From Scyliorhinus canicula (taxonomy: Eukaryota), in the NCBI RefSeq assembly GCF_902713615.1, contig NW_024055445.1:1-64000 (forward strand): a stretch of 64,000 bases of DNA, written 5' to 3'. A program made the position numbers and the translations under genes. Below the pieces are notes generated by a model. That model had not been told where the DNA came from. It did no database searches and was given only the letters and a program-made list of their open reading frames with translations. This document shows, piece by piece, positions 1 through 9,257 of the stretch; positions within the stretch are counted from its first letter, which is position 1, and each line of letters starts with the position of its first letter.

Positions 1-735
1 TAACTGCCGACTGATCCTGCACGTCAGCCTTAAGAGAATCGCCAACAAGGACACCCAAGTCCATGAGTGCTTTGATTTCCTAAGCATTTTCCCATTTAGA
101 AACTATTCTATGTCTAAATTCCTTCTTCCAAACTGCATAAACTCACACTTTTCCCCATTGCATTTCATCTGCCACTTCATTGCCCACTCTCCTAGCCTGT
201 CCCAAATCCTCTGCAGCCCCCTTTGCTTCCTCAACTACTCTTGTATCATCTGCAAACCTAGCCTTCAGTTCCTGTTTCCAGATCATTAATGCATATTCTG
301 AAAAGTTGTGATTCCACACACTGAGGCACACCACTAGTCACCGGGCTGCCATCCTGAAAAAGACCCCTTTATCCCCACTCTCTGCCTTCTGCCAGTCAGC
401 CAATTCTCTATCCATGCCAATGTTTTTACCTTAACACTATGGGCTCTTACCTTTTTGAACAATCTCCGATTTGGCAACTTGTGAAAGGCCTTCTGGAAAT
501 CTAAATAAATCACGCCCTCTGGTTCTCCTTTGCCGAACTTCCTCGTTACCTCTTCAAAGCATTCTAACAGATTTGTCAGACATTACCTCCTTTGACAAAG
601 CGGTGCTGACTCAGTCCTATTTTACCATGCACTTACAAGTACTCCGTAATCTCATCTTTAAAAAGAGACTATAAAATCTTACCAACGACCAAAGTCGGGC
701 TAACCGGCCTATCCCGTCTCTGCTTCCCTCCCTTT
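1..735 (-). mobile_element. CR1-type LINE reverse-transcriptase fragment (decayed)
   Basis: Minus-strand remnant 143..334 reads 'FADDTR...AEDLGQ...EMQWGK', a degenerate FADDTK..WQM RT C-terminus; boundaries approximate. Confidence 0.7.
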
Positions 736-740
736 TATTT

Positions 741-891
741 CTAATTTAGAGTGCCCAATTCACTTTTCCAACTAAGGGGCAATTTTAGCCTGTTCAGTCC
801 ACCTACCCTGCACATCTTTGTGTTGTGGGGATAAACCCACGCAAACACGGGGCGAATGTGCAAACTCCACACGGACAGTGACCCAGAGCCT
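741..891 (-). mobile_element. HE1-like tRNA-derived SINE fragment
   Basis: Shares 'aagggcaatttt..gccaatccacctaccctgcacatcttt...aaactccacacggacagtgaccc' with copies at 19500, 40185 and 41812. Confidence 0.7.
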
Positions 892-1200
892 GCAGAAGAG
901 AAGGTAGAATTGATCCTGTACAGCACTTCAATCCACATTCCTCCCCCTATATCCATGCCTATTTTCTTTCTCCCATTTTTGCTGCGTTTTATCCAGTGGC
1001 ATCCTGACCTCTTTCAAAGGTCGTCCATATACTTCACCACACGTGCCTCCTCGCAGCTTGACACGTTTTAGCATCCTGTCCAGTAGGGTGTGTCCGGGTA
1101 CCTGGGGTCTCCTTGCAGAGAAAGACCCGCTGCTGCAGCTATCGAAGTTCTTTCCCTTTCGGGAGTTAGAACTTCTCCGAAATTTCCCCAATCTATTTTG
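892..1200 (-). mobile_element. L1 ORF2 3' fragment
   Basis: Frames give 'PQVPGHTLLDRML' and 'GMDIGGGMWIEVLYRINSTFSSA', matching 'PQPPRQTLLEDLL' and 'GMEIGWGLWSEALHRVNSTSTCA' in the full-length L1 at 54322-55206. Confidence 0.7.
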
Positions 1201-4200
1201 TGTAAGTTATGAAATAGTAAGTTTGGAAAATAAAATGTTATTATCCTCAAGTCAAGTATAGAGTCTACTGCAATTTCCATCACTTCCAGATGTCATCACA
1301 TACTCAAGCTATATATCAGAAACTTCCTGTGATGGTGAGATGAAGCCTTGCTAACAAAGCAGCGTATGGTTGATTGCTGCTCATATTTTCCTGATTTATT
1401 TGTATTTCCACCTGGAAACCCAGGAAACTTTGTAATAGAATGACCACTGCGACGTTACGTTGTAACGAAGAAAATGCAGGAGAATTGTTTGTCAATGCAT
1501 GATACCACTAGTAAAAGAGCTATACCCAAATCATGTGCTTGAGTTCTCCCTAAAATCTTAATTGAGGAACATTCAATTAATATTACCCTTTCAGAATATT
1601 TTTTAAGATGTGAGGACTCTTGATATTAGACAGAGCTGTAATCTGAATATTATTTGGATGTTTTCCGGATTCTGCGTGTGTCTCCTCCGGGTGCTCCTGT
1701 TTTCCGCACAGTCCAGAAATGTGCAGATTAGCTGGATTAGCTATGATCAATGCGCGATGTTATGGTCATAAGGTGGGCGATTGGACCGAGGTATCGAGTT
1801 ATTTCGTAGGGTGGGTACGAACTCGATGGACTGAATGGTCTCCTTCTGCATTGTCTGGATTCGATGGACAATTACAGCATCTTTGTGCTTGATATGACAT
1901 TGCTGACGATGACTTTAATGATCAGCATCATCGGCTTCTCTAGGAATACTACCTGCTGAGGGATTTTTGTTTACATAAACAGTGCTATACAGTACACGCG
2001 TGGTAGCTAAGAGGATAAACAGTTTCATGCTATTTGTTGTTCGGCCTGTCACGTTAGCGAAAATGCATTCAAGAATAGCATTCAAAATCTGAAGAAAATT
2101 GGATAAACATTTAATATGTAAAGCTTGTGTATGAAGTAAAACATTGTATGTGTGTATTCGTTATTCCCAGTGCACCAGATGAAATTTATGTCTTTGACTG
2201 GACATTCGGGTTCAGGGGCACCCATACAGAGCTGCTGGGAGGTCGAATTAAACCGTCCACCCACTTTCTGTGGTGTATGACCAGTTCATGTCTGCGTGAC
2301 TTACAGTTAACAAACTGGTGTGAGTCCCCAAATCCTCAAGTTCGTTTTTAAAATTACCTTCTCTCCTTTCCATACCTCTTTACATTGTTGAGCAGGCCTA
2401 GTTCTATCTTTCCCGGATAGTGGCAATGCCATGGGCGTGTCTACTGCTATAACACGATCCTCAGGCGCTGGACTCAGGGAAGTTGTCAGGTCTAAGGCCT
2501 TTGGATCAAAGGTTGAATTGAAATCTCACCAGCCCATTTGGAGAGATGTTTAATCATTTCCGGCAAAGTCAGCTCTGAAAGGAGCCAGACAGACACGAAA
2601 CGTTAACTCTATTTATTTGTTCGCAGATTCCTCCTGGCTTGCTGAGATTATCCAGCATTTTTTGTTGTAAATACAATTGCAAGGTGAGATTCTGCCATAT
2701 CCCACTGTTTTTGAAAACTCACCACTATTCTTAGAATTCCACCTATACCAAAAAGGGTCGATATTCTAAATGGTGAACAGGGATTCTCACTCCCTGACTC
2801 CGATGCAGGCTTCGGTGGGTGCCATTCATGTCAAACTATATTTTCAAGTTATCCCGCGGTATAACCCATACCTTCACCGAAGATTTTATCTACTTACCAC
2901 TTAGTAGCATCGATGTCCTGGGTCCTGCATTGCTAAGTAAGTAACGTAGACTTTCAGGAATAACCCATTTTTTCAGGTTAAGTTAAGTTATTTTATTATT
3001 ATATTTTTTCTTTTAAAAGCTGCAAACACTTTCTTTACAGAAAGGTAAAAAGATCTTGCTTCTGGATCCTGCTGGTTGGTTGTAGGGACCTTCAGGCCCA
3101 CCTTGACACTCAATCTTCTTTAAATTCTGGTCTTCTTGGGATGTATTCGCTGGTTAGCTCTGTTGCTGTCTTGTCGATCCATGTACTGAGCTATAAGAGC
3201 TAACTCTGCTAGCTCTCTCTAAGCTGACTCTGACTCCTGTTTAAATTCTAGTCTTCCTTAGATGTATAACTGTTTAAACTCTCTGCTTGCCTTGTCTTTC
3301 CCATGACCGATCTCTCTCTCTCTCTCCCTCTCTCTCTGAGTTCTCCTCCCCTTCTCTCCTGTTGCTGTTTCTCTTTGCTCTGTAGTTATTGCTGCTGCTC
3401 TCTGGGTTTATATTCTCGTTCTAATAATTACCAAGTTTTTAGAGCCTTATTGTAAATTAACTTATTTCCCTTTGATTGTCAAAAGTATCTTCGATGCAAA
3501 CACTTGAATACAACTAATCATTCACCCTGGGCATAAAGTCACCTCAGATCTGATTACATTATCCTTTGTGATGTTCAAAGTTCCTTTGGTGTCAATAGGT
3601 GTTACTTCCACTTCTGTGCTTTCGAATTGCTTAATTTTCCAATTGTCCCCAGCTCATAACTTTGCCTTTGATTTTGACTTTAAATTGTGTCTCCCCTAGA
3701 CAGGTCCGTCTCCAATTTTCTTTTAATTGACTTGATGTTCGTAGAATTTTACACTTTAGAATTGACACCAAATTCGACTGAGCATCTTCCACCATTTCCA
3801 GCTGTTTACTAAGAGTTTATTTCAATTAAGGTGTGAGACTTTGCTTTTAGCTGTATGCTAAAATTTAACTTGGTTATGACTTGAAAGACCTGCCTGTTTT
3901 AAACATTCGTCAATTGAAACTCTCATCCATGCCTTTCCAGATACTTCCTGAGATAGTTACATTCCATGAAGGTGTTGTGGAAGTAGATTAAATTTATTGT
4001 CTTGTTTTAACCTTGCTGTCTGTACGTAATATTAAGGTTCTGAAATATATCTGTGATCATCAAGTAAAAGGATGTTAAAGGGTTGAGGGAATGGAATGAG
4101 AACAGATCTCTGTATCTGTTAGTGCAGAGACAGCAAAGATGAGTGCGTAAAACCTTGTCAACTGAGACAATGGGCATTGGAATGTGAAAGAGCTGACTCA

Positions 4201-4301
4201 GGAGCATGAGAGGGAAAGAGGTAAGGAAGTTCGACCTGATGGACGGATAGGATAAGAAAACCGTTAGCAGCAGCAGTATTAGTGAACCGTGCTAATGATT
4301 A

Positions 4302-4583
4302 TGTCATAGTAACCACCCTACGTCGAGGATAATAATTCCATATAAGTACATGTTCTGGATCCTTGCCAAATCATTGGTGTATCTAGGAATTTAAGGGGAC
4401 CACCTCTAAGCTGTGATTGTATAAAGGGACAGTCCATACTCTGGGACTTTGGCACTTCTCGAAGGTGGTTCCCCGACTACTTAGATATTTGTCCCGGCCG
4501 TGAATAAACGAATATTCGTTACCAACGTGTTCGAGTGTTTTACTTCTGGACTGACGAACGGCTATGTGAAAGCGCAATTCACA
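4302..4583 (+). mobile_element. possible solo LTR
   Basis: TGT...ACA termini, TATA-like gtataaa (~4419) and AATAAA (~4502); no matching TSD found. Confidence 0.3.
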
Positions 4584-4699
4584 GTGTGAGCCATTGTTTT
4601 AGCTTACCACATGAAACCTATGTGTATGATAAGCCTGCTTGTGAGCAAGGATCTGCATTTTACAATCCTGCTCTTTGCAGCTGCTATTAACCTTTTGTG

Positions 4700-4860
4700 G
4701 GATCTTTCCCTGTACCCTCTCAGACCAGATATTGCCAGACTTCCATGTTTCAAATGACACGTTTTTCTGTATTTTCAAGAACACCACCCTCAAAACATGC
4801 CGCTCACTAAACACATAAATGCGGCAGATTATTACTGTGGGGCAATGAGGGAGGCAGGCT
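4700..4860 (+). pseudogene. highly decayed Ig/TCR V-domain relic
   Basis: Across frames 'LPDFHVSNDT...KNTTLK...AADYYCGAMR', resembling V FR3 (xPDRFSVSKD...NTATL...DYYC); no RSS follows. Confidence 0.35.
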
Positions 4861-5196
4861 TTATCAACAGAAACAACTGAAAATCCCTCACCAACCCGGT
4901 TGGCCACTGAGCAACACACAAATGAGCTGACTTCACGTCAGGCTTACAGACTCGGCGGAACAACACGAGACCGCAGGTTCCTTTACAAGCCTGTCACTTA
5001 TTCACAGAACGCACACTCAGAGAGACACAGGTCACCTTGTGACCCATCGGGAATACACGGCACACCGTCATTTGCAAACCAGCACTGTCCCCTAAAGTAT
5101 TTCAGTCCCGCTCTGAGGCCCACTCTCCCAGAGCAGTCCGAGTCTGCAATGTCCATCTCCCCGTCATAAAGAGCATCAGCTCCAAGCAGCAGAACG

Positions 5197-5691
5197 ATGG
5201 AAATCCTCGTTGTTTTCATCCTGTGTGGCGTCTTACCCCGTGAGTACGATAAGACTATCCCATGTTCTGTAGACTTAATATAAAGCTGACCGAGTCCATC
5301 CCAATTACAGACACTGTTTCGGGTTTCAGCCCCGTTGTGGTTGGGCTCTGATGGTCCATTAAACTGTCTCTGTTTAATTTCCAGGATGTTTGAATCAGTC
5401 AGTGACACAGAGCCCGTCAGCGGTTAACAGGGAGGACTGTCAGTCTCTTACCATAAACTGTATTTTCAGTGCTGGTTATAGGGCTTTTTTTCAAATATGA
5501 GGAATTTCTTTCGGCAATTTCGGACCGGGACAAGTTGGACGCCGATCTAGAGTGGAGGGAGATTTGTTGTCAGGACTCAAGAAGCAAGGCAGTCATTTTC
5601 GCTGGAAATTCTGGATATGAGAGTTGAAGACAGCGCCACCTACTACTGTGAACCTCATCAGGGGTACTACACACATGTTGGATGGAACAGT
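5197..5691 (+). pseudogene. NAR-TCR (IgNAR-like) V segment with leader exon
   Basis: Leader MEILVVFILCGVLP (5197-5239, GTGAGT donor). V exon from 5385 after AG: CLNQSVTQSPSAVNREDCQSLTINCIFSAGYRAF / SNMRNFFRQFRTGTSWTPI*SGGRFVVRTQEARQSFSLEILDMRVEDSATYYCE. The short CDR2 region and 'GGRFVV..SFSLEI.D.RVEDSATYYC' are IgNAR-like. Frameshift at T7 (5485-5491), TAG at 5548-5550. Confidence 0.85.
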
Positions 5692-5730
5692 CACCGTGGA
5701 AGGGCCCTGAGCAATACCTCCACAATTGAA
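5692..5730 (+). other. 23-RSS (CACCGTG-23-ACAATTGAA) of the NAR-TCR V
   Basis: Heptamer 5692-5698, exactly 23-bp spacer, divergent nonamer 5722-5730. Confidence 0.6.
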
Positions 5731-5767
5731 ATATATTTTCAAGGGCACGGATAGTGAATTATGCGGT

Positions 5768-5840
5768 TGGTTTAATATCATTTTATTCCAGGGTGATTTA
5801 TTGTATTTTCGCCACTCAGTTGCTTTCTTTGACACTGGAT
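5768..5840 (+). other. possible degenerate D segment (5796-5812) with weak 12-RSSs
   Basis: tggtttaat-12-cagggtg upstream and cactcag-12-acactggat downstream. Both are poor matches, but a 12/12 D is required between 23-V and 23-J by the 12/23 rule. Confidence 0.3.
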
Positions 5841-6069
5841 GACAACAATTTTTTGTAATGCCAGTTCTGCTTGTCCTCAGTTGATATGAAGATCACATCT
5901 CCGGGCAATGTTCTTCGGGCGATGTTATAAGGGCCCAAGGCCTCACAGAGAATCCTTTGAACCGACAGGTAGCTTGTAATATTGAATATTGTTTATTTAT
6001 CTAAAACTCCTGATAATTTTGCAATTCAAACTGTCCGTTGATGATTTTCCGACAGGTTGATGTAAAGGC

Positions 6070-6167
6070 GGTTCTTGTACTGGTGAGATTGAGAGCCGTG
6101 TCACTGTGATACATTTTGAAAGATTGTGATGCAGATGAATCCGGGACGGTTGTGACGGTCACTGCCG
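6070..6167 (+). other. NAR-TCR J segment with 23-RSS
   Basis: GGTTCTTGT (6070-6078)-23 bp-CACTGTG (6102-6108); J reads YILKDCDADESGTVVTVTA (6110-6166), followed by a phase-1 GTAAGT donor at 6168. Confidence 0.85.
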
Positions 6168-6589
6168 GTAAGTGACTCCAAACCGCACCGTATTACAGAC
6201 TATACGGGTGGATGTGGAGAACTAATGGTAATGTAACTGGATCATTAATCCAGAAACCATGCCAATACTCCGGTAACATGGGTTCAGATTTCAGCGCAAC
6301 AACTTGTGGAATTTAAATTCCATAAATAAAACAACTGGAAGTAAAAGCTAGTCTTGGTATGGTGATCGTGCAACCATTGTTGAGGATTGTTAGAGGAATG
6401 AGAGTGGATCTCATTAGAAAATAAAACATGTTTATGCGGCTTAATGGGACAGATTCTGGGTTGCTTCTTCGTCAGGCTGTGAAGTATAACTCGGTGTCAG
6501 TTTGAGAATACAGGTTCAAATATTATAACTGAAAAGAGGAGAAATTTCTTCAGTCAAATTCATTGTTGTTAATTTCTGAATTCCATATC

Positions 6590-7570
6590 TCAGAGAGCGG
6601 TGAACCAGGATGTTTCCTTGTCTGGAGGGTGTTAGCTCTGTGAAGAGGCTGAACAGACTCGGACTGTTTTCGTTAGAAAGACGTACGCCGAGGGGGGGGG
6701 GGGGTCCTGATAGAGGTCCACAAGATTATTAGGGGCATGGGCAGAGAAAGGGCAGATGGATTTTAGTCCGGACAACTGTGAGGTAATGCATTTTGCTGGG
6801 TTGAACACAGAGGGGAAATATACCGTAAATGGAAAGGACTCTTGGGAATATAGAAAGTCAGAGAGATCTGGGCGTGCATGTCCACAGATCTTTGAAGGTG
6901 GCAACAAAAGTGGACAAGGTAGTCAAGAAAGCATACAGAATGCTTGCCTTCATTGGACGGGGCATCGGGTATAAAACCTGGCAAGCCATGCTACAGCTAT
7001 ATAGAATCTTAGTAAGGCTGAACTTGGAATATTGCGCACAACTTTGTTCACCACACTACCAGAAGGAGGCGGAGGCTTTGGATTGGGTGCAGAGAAGATT
7101 AACCAGGATGTTGCCAGGTCTGGAGGGTGTTAGCTATGTGGCGAGGCTCAATAGACTCGGACTGTATCATTAGAAAGACATGCCGAGGGGTGTCCTGATA
7201 AAGATCTACAAGATTATGAGGGGTATGGGATAGAGTGGATGGGCAGGCACTCTTTCCCAGGGTGGAGGGGTCAGTCACTAGGGGGCATAGGTTTAAGGTC
7301 TCTGGGGCAAAGTTTAGAGGAGATGTGCGAGGCAGGTTTTTACGCAGAGGGTGGTGAGTGCCTGGAAAGCGTTGCCAGGGGAGGTTGTGGAAGCAGATAC
7401 CTTAACGACGTTCAAAAGGCATCTTGAGAAACACATGGATAGGATGGGTATAGAGGGACACGGCACAAGGAAGTGCTGAGGGTTCTGGCAAAGGATGGTA
7501 TCATGACCGGTACAGGCTTGGAGGGCCGAAGGGCCTGTTCCTGTTTCTGTACTGTTCATTATTCTTTGTT
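6590..7570 (+). mobile_element. CR1 LINE 3' fragments
   Basis: ORF 6829..7173 'QRDLGVHVHRSLKVATKVDKVVKKAYRML...QRRLTRMLPGLEG', a typical CR1 ORF2 C-terminus; two overlapping 3' pieces. Confidence 0.8.
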
Positions 7571-8575
7571 CTTTGCCTGAAGAATACTCACAACATAAAC
7601 CAGTTGGAGTGAAAGGCCTCTCTCTGTTCTGCTGATTTCGCGTAATGTAAAAGTTAGGGAAAAAATGCCCAGGAGAGGAATCAGTTCATGGCAGAAAGAT
7701 TTGAAATTGTCAGAGTCAGGACGTGGCAGCTGCCAGTGAGTAACGGTAAAACCAACTGCGGAACTGAACAGGACTGAACACAACCGACAACTGAGAAACT
7801 TTGGGACAAGTTTGCACGATCACGGAAAAAGGCAACAAGTACAAAGTAAATGTAGAAATAAAATTAAACTATCTGGAAATATTCAGATTGAAGTGAAACA
7901 TAGAAAAATGATACTAATGGAAGAAACAGACAGACCGACAATAGATGGAAAAGCAGATCGAAACTTCTGAGAGATGTTGAACTGCAATAAATTGTGGTCA
8001 TCAAAGTTTAAATCAGGTTTGGCCCAATTGTTGCTGATGAATCGCATTAATTTCCTGCTGGATTTTGCTGTACGAATTGATGCAATACTTCCTATCAGAC
8101 AACCGTTTTTGGAACAGATTGCCTGTGAAAATAACATTTTCCCCTCGGTTTGTCTCTATCCAAGGAAACTAAAAACTGAAATGTAATATGCATCATAGAA
8201 TCGAGTGCGGCAGGATTACATTCGGCCCTTTGCGTAGATGCTTATCCTCTTTCAATCCAATCAAATTGTTCCAACCAATCCAAATTTTCAACGTTGCGCT
8301 GCATTTTTAACAGGTCCAGCACAGGTCGATTTTTCAATTTTGAAAGTTACGACTAATGTGATCCCAACACACTTCTGACATTGCATTCAGATCGGAAGAA
8401 ATTGTGTGTAAAATAAAATATAACTTATTAACCATTTGAACAGATTTTATATTCAAAAAAGTATAACTGTTCGAACCGGCTGCAAATTCAGACAAAGACA
8501 CCAGTGGGGATGCACTCACAAACACCCGGGAACCAGAGAATATATGAACAATAATGTTCAATTTTTATCCGCCAG

Positions 8576-8876
8576 ATTCCAGTTCCTTGGTGTCCAAGAA
8601 TCCGCCTTTCCAAACCTCTGCTGCCGGTGACACAGTTACATGAAACTGGGAATATTCAGGGTTCTGTCAGTACACAGTACACTGGTACCATCAGTCCCCA
8701 GGACAGGCTCTGGAATACCTGCTTCAGAGTCACACTTCAGGAGACGAACATACCGCTGCCGGAGAAAGAATCTCTGCTTCCATCTACACTGCCAAGAAAA
8801 TCAGCCGGTTAAAGATCTCTGAACTGCAACTGAGCGACTTCCGCTGTGTATTACGCTGCACTGAGCCGGAACACAG
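8576..8876 (+). pseudogene. leaderless 'supporting' TCR Vdelta of the NAR-TCR cassette
   Basis: Pyrimidine tract plus AG at 8574-8575; reads DSSSLVSKNPPFQTSAAGDTVT*NWEYSGFCQYTVHWYHQSPGQALEYLLQ...ISRLKISELQLSD/SAVYYAALSR. CDR1 Cys present, no leader exon seen nearby. Stop codon, +1 frameshift (~8839), both canonical Cys lost. Confidence 0.85.
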
Positions 8877-9226
8877 CACAGCGATGCAGAGCACGGAGAG
8901 AGCTGGGCAAAAACCTGAACATGGCGAGGGTTACACACACACAGTGATATAGAGCACGGAGAGAGCTGTACAGAAACCTGACCATGGTGAGGATTACACA
9001 CCACACGCAGTGATACAGAGCACGGAGAGAGCTGTACAGAAACCTGAACATGGTGAGGATTACACACACAGTGATACAGAGCACGGATAGAGCTGTACAG
9101 AAACCTGACCATGGTGAGGATCACACCACAGTGATATAGAGCACGGAGAGAGCTGTACAGGCACCTGAACATGGTAAGGATTACACACACAATGACATAG
9201 AGCACGGAGTGGAGCAACGGAAAGCC
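8877..9226 (+). repeat. tandem array of six 23-RSS units (60-66 bp period)
   Basis: Heptamers at 8877 CACAGCG, 8940 CACAGTG, 9006 CGCAGTG, 9067 CACAGTG, 9127 CACAGTG and 9188 CACAATG, each with a 23-bp spacer. Nonamers GCAAAAACC, ACAGAAACC x3, ACAGGCACC, CGGAAAGCC. Confidence 0.9.
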
Positions 9227-9257
9227 CGAATGTGAAAGGATTGCAGTAACGTCCTTG

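Noticed and set aside
928-1283. Possible novel small protein, including a 'YMDDL' RT-like motif
   Set aside because: Aligns by eye to the C-terminal region of the L1 ORF2 at 54322-55206; it is a decayed L1 fragment.
4580-4618. Orphan CACAGTG with a weak nonamer (ACATGAAAC at 22-bp spacing)
   Set aside because: The nonamer matches only 6/9, there is no convincing V exon upstream, and the heptamer overlaps the end of a putative LTR.
5070-5077. Ig octamer-like ATTTGCAA upstream of the NAR-TCR V
   Set aside because: One mismatch to ATTTGCAT; expected by chance.
4998-5408. Minus-strand ORF that looks like a small Cys-rich secreted peptide (MKTTRISIVLLLGADA...CAFCE)
   Set aside because: It is the antisense of the NAR-TCR V promoter, leader and intron; the + strand explanation (ATG, GT/AG, V exon) is much stronger.
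8877-9226. CRISPR-like repeat-spacer appearance
   Set aside because: Eukaryotic DNA, the linkers are near-identical rather than unique spacers, and there are no cas genes; the repeat is an RSS.
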